From Bugula neritina (taxonomy: Eukaryota > Animalia > Bryozoa), in the NCBI GenBank assembly GCA_964035545.1, contig OZ037767.1:15442998-15506997 (forward strand): 64,000 nucleotides of DNA. Reading direction: 5' to 3'. Under the pieces are notes generated by a model that ran no database searches, was not told the DNA's origin, and saw nothing but the letters and a program-made list of their open reading frames with translations. Positions 41,632 to 54,729 of this stretch are shown piece after piece; positions within the stretch are counted from its first letter, which is position 1, and the number at the start of each line of letters is the position of its first letter. The translations under genes were made by a program, and so were the position numbers.

Positions 41632-43065
41632 ATGTTTAAACAATTTAATTTGATTCTTTTAACATTGATACTATAATATCCCAATTTTAATTTAGTAAGT
41701 TATCACACAAATAATAACTTATTGAATGAGTTTTCTGACAAAGAACATAATTTCTTTCTGATGCTGGTAACATTTACAATTATATTTATGTTTACAGTAT
41801 AATATCTATGTTTCGTACAATATTTTAGTTATGTTGACATTTATGCTATAGCTGTTGTGAATTTAATAAACATTAATGTCGATTCTAAAATGTATTTTAT
41901 CTCAATATATAACTAGATATACCATTTCAATCAAAAAAGGAGAACAATAATCAATTAAGGTAATTGGAAGGGCACAACAGAAACCTATATTATATGAAAT
42001 GGGCAGAAGTGGACATCTCTAGATATTCATAGTATCCCAGTGATAATTTCACTTATTGACTGCAAATGCATATTATTTGTCTGATTAGCCAATTAAAAAT
42101 CAGTGACTATGTTTTCAACAGCCATGCTTGTGTTTTACTAAATCAGCCAATCAAATAATTGCTAAGGTAGCATTCAATTCTCTTAACTAACTTATTACAT
42201 TATTTCGTCAGTTTAAAACTTCAAAGAAGCATCCAATATGTTATAAAGGATAATGAGTGCTTCTAGTAACATGTGACAGCATGAACTCTGATTGGTATCG
42301 CTGACTGCGTTATTACTAAGTGAAAAAACATTGAGGTAACAAAACAGTAAAAACTTTTTCAATCTGCTTTATTTAACATATTATATACTTATTATATATT
42401 TAGATGCTGAGTAGTGAATTTATCACTGGAACTCATGCATGCAAGATAACAGAAATATGTATGAGGCAAAATTTAAAAATATGATGAAGTAATTTAGCGA
42501 AGCAGTAACAAAATTAGTATAATATAATAATTGATATATATAGTAAGAAATATTGTTATTGTGGGCTATAATAAACTATTTTAGAATTAAACTAATGCAT
42601 GTTATATATTCATAAATCAATCAAGCTTTACATTATAACATATAACAGCCTAATTGTTACACATAATATTTCTATTCATTATATAATTCAAGGTGCTTTC
42701 TTCGGTAATTTCATGGCAAAAACGAACACTATATAATAATGCTATATGCTGTATCAACTGTTATAAAATGATAATAAAAACTGATAATATATAATATAAA
42801 GTAATATAAATGCATAATCAAACAACTCAGGTAAAAACTAAACAATAATAAAGTCTAAAAAGTTTATCAAAATACAGCACAAAGCTATTACAAAGTATAT
42901 TTCCTTGCTATATATCATGATAGTACATGGCTGCATGAATAGAATCTATTACCAGTTATATAACTTACTTGATCATAACGTCTTAAAGCTAATAGTATAT
43001 GCAGCTTATAACCAGTTAGAATGTCAACGTAAGTGAGGTAAAGACATTTACTGTTGAAGAGCTAT

Positions 43066-46000
43066 TCACTTGTTTTTCTTCATCCCAAAAATGGTAAGCT
43101 TTCCATCATTTGCTGCTTCTACCACTTTTGACCAATCAGTAGCTTCCTCACATAGTTTACCAAGTGCAGACAAGCCTCCTTTCTTTGCACTGTCCATCCA
43201 TTGTCCAATTATCTGAAATTTATATTATGAGGGAAATTTCAATGAAAATGCATTATATATAATACCAATGTTTATATATTATTATAAAACAAATATAAGA
43301 GTGTATAATACTATCCCATATTTTGAGGCTTCAATAAAACATATGATGTTTAGGCAACTGGTACTCAAAGCTTTTTATGCTACAGTCATCAAAAAATTGG
43401 CAAAATAAAAACAATTTTTTTCTGCGTTTTCCTATATTTTGTACTATACGTTATATAAACATGTAATACCTGATACACTTCAATTACAATACATAAGATG
43501 TTTATATGTAAATACAACTCCAGTTTGTCACATGACAAAAAAAGTATGAGCTCGTTTGAAATAAACAGTGTATAATTGTGCTATATATATAGCTCATGTT
43601 TGTAGTATCACAGTTTTATATCTTTCAATACACTAACTTATTTAAATACAAGATTCCTGTGTTATTATAACAGCACAGCTTTTCATGTTTTGTTTATATA
43701 CTACTTCAAAGAACTCAAAATGAAAGAGTGCTTAAAGAAAATGCTAGCAGGTGTGAATGCGCAATCAATGCTTAAACAAAAGTGTTGATTTTGCTTTTAT
43801 TATATAACTAATATATATTAGTTGAAATTCTACCTCATCTAGTTTATCTTTATCCAGTACACTCAGGTAGTAGATGTATCTGAATCTGTCAATAGTTTTA
43901 CGACATTTCCCTGTTGGTTTAAGAGCATCGTGTATATAGACTTGGCTCTTTTACTAGCCAACTGGTTATGTACATATTCCATCAACTGTATAGCCTGTTC
44001 TGGTGTTTGTACTGCAAGGAACACAGGATACAATATTTAAATATTAAGCTATGAGAAGATATGAGTATCAGTATTATATCTCTGCTATAGGAGATAGTAC
44101 TGAGTGTAATATAACAGTTAGTCATATATATCAAACTATAGAGTTGTCTTTTCATCTTATATATAGTAAGAGTTGTCTTGTCTCACTATATGAAGTAAGA
44201 GTTGTCTTATCTAATTATATATAGTAAGAGTTGACTTATCTTATTATATATAGTAAGAGTTGTCTTATCTTATTATATATAGTAAGAGTTGTCATACCAT
44301 ATTGGAAACTTGTTGCAGCATTAGGAGCTGACAAATCTTGGCCAGCCTGCTTGTCACTGACTCTTTCTACAAAATAAACAAAAGTCATGCATGCTATTGT
44401 AATGGGTAGCCTCAAGATATAGAAAAACTTTATAAACACATGTTAAATTAAAATGTAAATAGAATGTTACATTTTTATTCATGATTACTGTAATTTATTT
44501 CAACAAACCTGTAACCAGTGTTTCTTGGTTCTCAACAAATATTGAGAATGGGACATCCACTAATCCAAGTCTGAGACAGTCGGAGTACCTCGATTTATCT
44601 GAAAAAAAATACAAGTTGATCAAACAAATAAAACCTAAAATATCCAAATTATTTACTTTTACCTGCTAGGCAAATATTACAATAAAACAAGTATACATTA
44701 CCTTCATCTAGAATACGAGTCACACAGTCCTTTCCAATAGAATGTTTGAGATCTTCAATAGTCAAGTGATCTTCAAATGGATAGACTATATTCTCTCCTT
44801 GAACTTTTACGGTTACTTTACAGTTTTTCACTTTACCTGCATGAAAAACTCATCACATGATCACAAAGCCATCTTTAATCCTAGCGTAATTTCACATCAA
44901 CAATGTAACAAATATGTATGCTTAGAGGCACATTTGCAATTAATTTACTCTTGAATGGATCATCTGATCTGGTAGGAAGTGAAACTGCTTGGTGTACCGC
45001 TACAGTAACAGGTATATCTTGATGTGGTGCTGCAACCGCTGGATCTATCAGATAAGGAACTTCAGTTGACCGCGCCATGTTCTCCATCGTGTTTTCTGCT
45101 GAGACATGCTCATGTGGTGCTGTAACACTTGAGAAAGCTTGTTGTGGTGCCACAGTGTTTAACTGACTCAGTTGTGATGATCCCGTATCTGACGTTAAAT
45201 CATGTGAGAGAGTAGTCGACTGAGTTGGTACTTCAACTGTAAAGATAATACAAATAATATTCTAGCTATTATAACTGTTAAGGACATTGATTCACAAAAA
45301 TAATTTATTTAGTAAAAAACCTTAATATATGGCAGTCAATTATCATTTGTTTAACAACTCAATAATAATTTTATGATTTTTTGACATTTAGGACAAATAA
45401 ATTTTTATAGTAAACTGCAAGAATCAGCAAAGACTACCAGACTACAAACTTATATAACTTACATGCAGTCCTTCGATATTTATTTGAGGGTACAACTGTC
45501 ATAGCTGGTTCTGCAGGTCTTTTGTTGTGTGAAACTTTGTTTGTTTGCTTTTTCAAGTCAAAAAGTTGAATAAACGAATTGCTTTTTTGTGCGAAATCAA
45601 TAGCAGGAGAATTTGCACTACTTTTCAATTTTAAATCGGGTTTGTGTTTATTTTCTATTTCCCTGCTTCTAAAACTTCCTTCCTGCATTTGTACTTCTGG
45701 TGGAGCATTGTTAGAAAAGTTGGAGATTGAAGGTGGTGGCTGTTTGAACTGAGTGCCTGCTTCTCTGTGGATGTTGCTGTCACCATTTAAATGCGAAGGG
45801 TTTGTAGAAGGCATGTTGAAAGATGGAGGGTTGAAGAGAGACCAGTCCTTTGAATGGTTGAAAGATGGGGCATTCAATTGAAGAGGCTGAGATGGTAAGT
45901 TAGTTGTGAAATTCTCTGATCTAGAAAACCACTGTGGTTTTGATGGTGTGGGTAGACACGGCATAGAAAAAAAACCATCAGTATTGTTTGGTGGCTGAGC

Positions 46001-46203
46001 ATGCATGTGTTGTGAAGACAGTTGAAACCAAGCTGGCTGAAGATGGATCAACTGTGGCGCTGTTTGTAGATAAGATGGTTGTCTTAGGTGTGTTGGTTGC
46101 AGCCAGTGCTGTGTAGATGTTGGTTGATGTGGCAAGCCTGGTGATGACTGTGGAAACTCATCACTCTGCAAAGGATGGTGACGTGTCTGCTCTTTTCAGA
46201 AAT
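43066..46203 (-). pseudogene. Unknown multi-exon gene, apparently degenerate; exons ~46203-45463, 45236-44949, 44836-44702, 44598-44509, 44366-44298, 44011-~43834, 43212-43066
   Basis: Successive GT-AG bounded exons join in frame (five phase-1 introns, then phase 0). P/Q/S-rich N-terminal part, then KVKNCKVTVKVQGENIVYPFEDHLTIEDLK..., ending IIGQWMDSAKKGGL..GMKKNK*. Needs removal of a +2 TA at ~43933; TGA near the start of the 46203 exon. No family recognised. Confidence 0.6.
44141..44293. repeat. ~25-bp tandem repeat (tatatagtaagagttgtcttatctta), ~6 copies, intronic
   Basis: Directly visible. Confidence 0.85.
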
Positions 46204-49200
46204 CTGCGTTTAAAAAAATGGTAAACATGTATAATAATAAATATGTGAACGGACCATGCATATTGGGCTTTCAAATTTATAGATTATTGTTATAGGCACT
46301 TAAATAGTATGAGTACAAAAATTAATTACAGTAAAATGTTACATACGAATAATTGTTTCAGTTTGTGAGATAAATAATTGTTATATAATTTATTTTTTAA
46401 AATTTGTCAAATTAGCAGTTTCTTTGTAGTGGTGATGGGGGGGGGGGGGCACAACGGTCATAGGGTACAAAAAGCCCAGTATATATTTTCCTAGAATGTT
46501 GTTTAGAGACATAAAAAAACTGCCTATGCACAACATACTTTGCATCTGTTTAGTATCTCGTAATTAGACATAAAAAAATCAAAGCCAATTATAAAGCAAA
46601 AGACCATAATACTGTACTATCATTGGATAGTTCTTCATCAATAAACAGGTAGTCGCCAGTGGTGGATATGAACCCCTCCTAGATGTTTCTCGTACTTCTT
46701 CCTCAAAAAACATTTTCATTAAGCCAAAAAGAAATAACAATACACCTTTTTAGTTGACACTTTTTAATTTCTGACTGATATTTCACCTTATTTCCAATTA
46801 TAATTAACTTTTAACCGGCACTTTTCTTTGTAGTAATTCCTACCCTTTAGACTGTGTACTTTGAAATGAGTCTGTTTTACTCATTACATAAAGTATAGTT
46901 GCACTGGCTACAGGTTGACACAAAAGCAAGCCTATCTTGATAAAATCATGCGCAAATGTAGAAACTATCGAGGAGTTTGTTCCTCATAATTAGAAATTGA
47001 CAAATTATTTTTAATCCGTTTGAAAGCATCTGGTTAGGGAAGCATATGCCGTGTTCAATTTGTTATTCTAGCATTAAAAATAACAGAATGCAATAATTAT
47101 AAGTTTATGAAAGTAATTTGTTTTCTTTCTAATTACAAATATAATATTTTAGTATATATTGTAAATTTATAAGGCTTGCATTAGGAATAACGCAGCTAAA
47201 ACATCATTTTCCTTAAAGTCTTAAATATATATAAGTATAAAATAATACACTATGCCAATAAACTTATTAAAGTACCAAGCAAGCTTAGCTAGTTTAAGAA
47301 AAATTACACTAGGTAAATTACCATTATTTATAGAATGCTGGCTGATATTAGCTTTTGATGTAATTGAAGTAAATTATTATTTACCTTTCTAGCTAAGGAT
47401 TTCTTGCAGTAAGTTTTGCTTTTATGCAGGGAGAAATGTCGTAACAAACGAGTTAAATTTTTATAGCACATAAAAATGTAATCTATAAGTCGAAGATATT
47501 TAAACTTAGCCATTAACTCATTTTAATTATAAATGTCTTGCAATGTAGCCTAAATCTAATACAATACAAAATATATACCAGTATATATAATATATTTTTA
47601 CCATGCTGTTAATTACAGTATTTGTAAAACAAATTTTATGCTCATTAATTAAATGCAACAAATATTCATAAAATACTAATAATGTTGAATAAATAAATTC
47701 AATAATTATTTTTCTATTTGAATAGCTGCATAATTTCTTGCAAGGTTGTATAAAGGAGTTGTAGCCCACAACTTATTATGTGTTCAATTGCCACATATGT
47801 CTTAGGAAGAAGAAAACTCCACAAAAATTCTTAGTTTGAAAATTTTAGTATAATTAGAATCACTTAATATATGTCTTTGAAATGCATTTTGCCACTCTGC
47901 AAAGTTGCAGGAACAAATATTGCATGAAGTAATAAATGATTTATGAAGTAATTAACAAACCAATGTAAAAACTGTTGTTGTATATAGAACACAACATATT
48001 GATTTTCTTCAATCTCCACATCAATCTATATATTCAATTATATCTAACCAATGCTAACAAACTGCAAGTAATATTAGCTAATTAGCAACTATAGCATTTT
48101 TTTCATTATCTTTATTGCTTGCATATGTCTAAGTATTATTAAAATAAGGTTTTTATTTGCAACTTTGCACCACAAATTGCATAAAATCTAAAAACTTGAG
48201 TTGTGACATAGGGCTACCTATACACAAATAGACCTTCATAAAACTCTCAATGATTTTATTCAACTCATGTATGCAAAAGTTTTGCTTTAAAACAATTCTT
48301 TTAAATCACCCTAGAGCAGGAAATTATTACAAAAACAGCTTCTCATATATAATCTTTCGCCAGATTAATTTTTTTTCCTGTATTTAAACTAACTCAGCAA
48401 GTGGAGATTGTGATATCACTCAGGTAATCACATATATATTATTCATAGCTGTAATACTTTAGCAATGAATAGATCATGTTTAATTTCCACTCTACCTAGC
48501 AGTTTTTCAGAATTATAGAGCTATGTATATCGTGAAACTGGAATAGCCTAATAGTTTTACAATATGTGTTTATAGCTAGACAAATTAATTTAAAAAGCTT
48601 ACAATAATTAGATGATATTTGCATTCTTTTGAAGGTTATGGTGAAGCTACTGCAAAACTGGCCATTAGTTTAGCATAATATGCAATGCCACGCAAAAGCA
48701 TGCCAAAAAAGCAATGTTTATTTACCTTACCAGTGCAATTTTATCACCTTAAACACAAAAGCAAGTATAAGATACACATCCATATTAGATTAACTGTCAA
48801 GTTAAAAAAAGACAACATATATTCATGAGCTGGTTCTGTTTGCACAAGTACAATTTAGACCAGCTTATTATTTAGATTGCCACAAAAATATGACATAAAA
48901 TATGTCTTTAATCATTATTTTGATATTCACTGGTTGAAGATATTTTTTATATCCAAATATGTAAATATTGTACATAAATCTTAAAAATTAACTAGATGAA
49001 TAAGGAAAACTGCTAATTTTATGAAACTGTTATGTTAATAAAGACAATGGCTATCAACAAGTCCCACCAGACCACAAACTAATTGTAAATACTAAAGCAA
49101 TTACATAGTGCTATGTGTTGATCTAGCCTAGTCAATACACCACAAAGATGTATTATGACATACCACATTTTATGTACTGGGTTACCACTTATTCTAATGG

Positions 49201-52200
49201 GTATTTGTTTAAACTGTTATATACAGCTTTTTGCACTACCAATATACAAGCCAGTTGTTATTCTGTCACTTTTTATCTACAACTCTTTTTAATGCCAGTT
49301 ACTTGTTAGCTTTAGTACAAACAGCTAAACATTCTACTCTACAGCCAATCTTACTGTTAACTCTTGTTTAACAATATTACAAGAATCTAAAAATTTGAGT
49401 GTGTTTTAATTATAATATTCTATCATGATAACTTTTAAATGAAACAATAATATGATAAATGCATTATAACTTTCTGAAAAGTTTGTTTGCAAAGTATATG
49501 TTTTTGGAAAATAGTTTTACAACATTTGCTAGGAGCATTATATTTATTCCTATCTAAAATAATTTTGTTTGAACTGATATGTTTGTAATCATGTAATCAG
49601 AAGTAAAGCATCAGTAAAATGAGTATAAGTAGAAGCTTGACAGCTACATTAGGCATTGCTACATAGTACATAAATATATGGCCGTATTAACTACTTAGCT
49701 GCATTCACAGATAAATGCATGGCTTGCAATTACAATACCATGAATACATTATTTATTTAGCTGGGTAACTATACAATTATGCCAAAGTGAAAAGCCTTTG
49801 GTTATTAATGCCTGAAATGTCTAACAATCTACTTGGGAGACCACCTTGTTGTTACAGAATGAATGAGTTATTTGTTTGGCATTTGGATGATGGTACAAAG
49901 AAAGGCTATTTGGTTTGTTACTTGAGACTAGTAGCAAACTGCTACAGTCATAGCATCTTAGAAGATTTTGCATCACTTGCTAGAATTGTACATTATTTTA
50001 ATGTAGCTATTGAAATTAATATCGCACTGAAAACACAGTATTGCAAAATCTTAAGCTGTACATAATTATATTATGCATCAAAAAGTACTTCTGCTATTCG
50101 ACTATCCCAGGTTTATTTTAAACTAGCACTGCCAAAGTGCCTTGACTCTATTACAGTGTTTACTAGCTAATTTTGTTCTTCTCAATAGTGAAATAGATCT
50201 ATTGCAAGAAATTAATGACTAGATATAACAATAATGATTTTTAGGCAAGACTGCCTGCATTACATATGTGGCAACCCCTAAATCACTTTCGCATCTATAT
50301 TGCTTATCTGCTAGCTTGAAATACCCCTCTCCTTGGACTAATCTCAGGCTTTTCATTGTTGTTTAAACAGTTTTTAAACTCCTATTTCAATAAATCATTA
50401 CCAACACTGCCTGCATGTATTAATATTCATTAGTGCCATCAATGCACTGTGGAGACAGCACCTGATGTTCTGTATATTACATTATAGTACAGAGATATTA
50501 AATCCAAAACATCTAAAATAATTGATGCTTCTACCAGATTTTTAGCACACCTATAATATGTATTCCTGTAGTAAATATTAATAAGATGTTTTAACTGATA
50601 GTTTTTATGCCATTATAATAGTTTGATACTATAACTACAACTTGAAACTCTTTAACCAGCACATTGGTTAGTAATATTGCTTCTTGATATTTAATTGCTG
50701 GTTCATAAACTATCAATAATAGGGATGCATATCAAAACTTGACTGCATTCATAATATTATTTTAATGCTAGGTAATGACTAAGCATGTCTGGCTGATATG
50801 AGGTGACTATTTCGTACACTGTTTAACAACATCAGTTTTTTGGGTTTATTTAAAGCATCTGCAAATCTGTATTATACATAATTACTGTTAGGGCCAATTA
50901 ATTAAATTGTTAACCCTAAAATGCTTTTTACATTGTAATACTAAGTAGTAAAAGACATGTATATATATATATATAAACTGATTGTAATTTATACATAACA
51001 TTGTACATTTAAAAAAAATCACAAAATACATAACTTATTAACTAAATTTCAAGGCGTTTGTAGGTAGTGGGTTAATGTCAATAAAGTAGAATCCGGGAAG
51101 TTGAGTAGCTTTATTCAAGAGGAAGGCTCTCCAACAGTTCTACCAAAGCCTAAATGACATGTATAAAATAAAGGTTATATGTACAAATTTTTTTCCAAAA
51201 CAGCCTGCAACTGTTTTGCTATTGCATATGCCCTATGCCATTCATCAAGTGGAACAATTTTAACCAGGATATCTAGAAAAGTTGACACAAGGGCTTTATA
51301 AACTATGTAACAGTAAAACTGTGAGTAGAAATTAATTGACACTAATGAATAATGAGAATAACTTTTTTACTCACTCAGATAGAATTTAAAGGCAAAAGAT
51401 ACATGTGCAGCATATATGCAAGTCTCATAAAATGACAACATTACTAACCTAGTCTTTAGACCTGTTATGAAACTGAGTACATAGTTGATGACTCTTGACT
51501 GCTCTGCTGCCCTCTGCTAAATCTAAAAATAAAAATAATAATTTAGCAACAAAATTGCAAAGGAATGCTGGAGGATTTGGTTTTGAAGTCAGCCCAAATG
51601 ATGCCTAAATGCACATTACCTAGTACAATGCTTACCAAGAAGCAAGAATAATATATCTAAGGCTTGTGAAACAATGTTACCTAAATAACAAAATATGAAA
51701 TTCTTTGTGTTAACCATGTTTGGTGGTCAGAATAATTATTATTGTAGATTTAAAAATTTCTCCATGCAGTCGAGTACTTTACCTCAATAAAAAGATTGAT
51801 CATAAGCAAATATTTTTCATGACTTACTTAGGAATGGATATTAGATTTTTGTTATTGTGACTAACAAACCTTTCGAAACTTACTTTTGCATGTTTTAGCA
51901 ATGAAAATAACATAGTTACAATCAATATTTAGATTACCAAAATAAAACTTTACCAACATAAATAAATTTAAAGGAGCTTTCTATTATTAATCATGTGCAT
52001 TACCTGCTTGATCACCTTCAATAAAGTTCATCAGTTTCTTCTTCTAAATATTCTCTTTTAAACCAACTTCATGCTTTAGGTGCTGGCAACAACCTTAAAA
52101 GAAAAGTTATATAACAAACAAATAGAAAAAGCACAAAACAAATCAACAGCATTATATACAATTGGGGCACATACATGAAAACAGCAGCTAGTGTCATTTT

Positions 52201-52264
52201 CTTAAGACAGCACTATTTTAGGTGTAAATTTAAGAAGTATTAGAAAATGCAGAAATTTACTGCA

Positions 52265-52646
52265 ATTGGTTAATTTTACTTAAGTTATAGTACATACTGA
52301 AGATCTCAAGTTTTTGCTAATGAACATGAGTTTTGGCCCGAAACAAAAAAAATATCAATAAATACACCTAAATAATCAAGGCTCTTTTTAATTTTCTTTG
52401 ATTTCTTATGCTTTTTTCTAATTACAGCAACTTCTGACTGTGGATTGCCATGGTTAGTTTGTAACAGTAGGCAATCCAAATGAAATGAATAAATAGGAAA
52501 AAACATGAGAAATCATGCAAAATTAAGAACCTTGATTATTTAGGTGTATTTTTTGATGTCTCACTAATTTTAAGCAAAAAGCATTGTTCATTAGCAGCTA
52601 AATTGTAAAAATGGCTAAAAACTGCAGATTTCCAGTGTGTACTAAA
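52265..52646. mobile_element. Old degenerate MITE with long imperfect inverted arms
   Basis: aaatacacctaaataatcaagg (~52360) and ccttgattatttaggtgtattt (~52529) are a perfect 22-bp inversion, plus tgctaatgaaca/tgttcattagca and ttttacttaa/ttaagtaaaa pairs. Confidence 0.65.
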
Positions 52647-54729
52647 TTAAGTAAAAAGACCCAATCACCTTTGCAACATAATTCAATAATTGCATGGTCA
52701 AGCAGAATAAACTACAATTAACAGCAACAACAGTGTAATAGTTGCGTAGAAAAGTTGTACTGCAAAAAACTAAAAGAATGCAAAATCTATAAATGTGTGC
52801 TACCAAGTAAATGCTGAACAGACATCATGAAATAGTGTACGGAATACAAACTATTAAACTTACCTGTTGATCTAATGCAGCCAAAACCTTAAGCTTAGAG
52901 TAGTGGAATGGTGCTGTTCGATGTTGATATGCTACAAGTAGCTAAGATGACTCAAATTCTTGCCTTTAGGAGTAAGAGGCCTCAGCACAGTTTCAACAAT
53001 ACTTCCAATAATCTCTACGGATGCGCTCAATTAGGAGCCACAACAAAGCACACCCATGTCATTTTAGTAAACTCTAAAAAATGAACAGAAATAAAACTGT
53101 TAGAGAGTAAACAGAGAAACATATAGTGATGGGGGAAAAACCTGTCAGAAAAGGTTATATACACTCATAGTCATAACACGAAGAAAAAGATAATGAATAA
53201 CAAGCTATTCAAGATGACACAAGAAACCAAACAAATTTCTTTGACTAAAAAATATAATTAAATACTATATTACTTGTCAAAAAATATTTGTTTTGAACGT
53301 ATTATTGGGAAGAATTGCCAGTGTCTTAAATTTTGAGATTAAAGTTTCTGCCTAATAGCGGAAATAGAGAGGCAATCAATAGTGTACAAAACATGTTTTC
53401 AGTTATTGGCTGTTGACTAAATTGACAAAGTTAAAGAAAGCTTCCATATCATTATTTATTTTGTTCTCAAGTGTGTGGTTACAGTTTCATGAGTCAGAAA
53501 TATAATTATTTGAGATATGAAATCAAATGTAGTCAAAAGAGTGTCATACAATTTAAAATGTAGTAATAGAGCTTTGACAATAATTTCTTCTGCTAAGTAA
53601 AACAGGTACCATTATGTGCTACTTATCTTTTAGAGATGAACATCAAGGATGTTGAAAACAAAATAGTTGTAAATTACAGCAAATACCTTTCTACTTACCT
53701 AACCAGAGAAAATAAGTTTTCAACCTTGCATGCACTCAGCTGGTTTTCAATGTTTGGATCAGTGACATCTTTATAACTGATAGCAGCATTATGTGATAGC
53801 TTTAGGAATTGTTACCTTAAATCTAAATTATATAGAACAAGAAGTGCAAAAATATGGCATTAGTACTCATTGCACAATACACACTTGCTAGAGTAGCTAA
53901 TCTAGCATCACATTAATTTAAGAAAGACAAAATTTTATTACTGTTCACAAATGATGAATATTAAAATTTGAATAATTAGACAAATTAACAATGATATTGA
54001 TGTTAGTTCAAACATTACTAATGGTAAACACCAAAATACTAATAGGAATAGTCATGTTAACATCAATTAGAAAAGTAAAGATAATTTGAAAATGAGACAG
54101 TTTATAGGTCTAACTCTTATAGTTGACAAGCAATTACAGGGCAGTCATATTGATGTAGGCTACCCTCAAAATGTAGCACTTTAAAAATAATAAAAAGACA
54201 GCACATATAAGAACATAATTTTAAAAATAGGCATATGTTACACCTATATTTTGATTAACAAAGAAATCTTCTTTACTTTATTAATCTAGCTCATATAATG
54301 GTATTCTGTCTTAGTATGTTATTTTAATACTTGAAATCTAATCAGCTACAGAAAAGTACTTCAATTCAAAGGCCTTCATAATTATTCTTTAGTTTGCTAT
54401 TTAAATAGACAGTAAGGTTGATGAATAAAATAAAAGTTAGTAAAGTAAAAACTAAATAAATTGAGAATAATATCTCCACTCTAAGGTTATAATCCTTATA
54501 AATCAACATTTTAATACTCCTGTTATCCTTAGGTATAGTTGTTAGCAATTTAACTATGAGCTCGAAGCCAAATGTCAGTATCAGCATCCCCATTACATTG
54601 ACTAAAACTGACTTTATAACCCTCAAGCTGTGGCACTCAATTTCTATAAGTAGTAACTAACAACAAATATAAAATTATTTATTTGCTACTGATAGTGATG
54701 ATAATAATAATTAAAAATAATAATATGAT

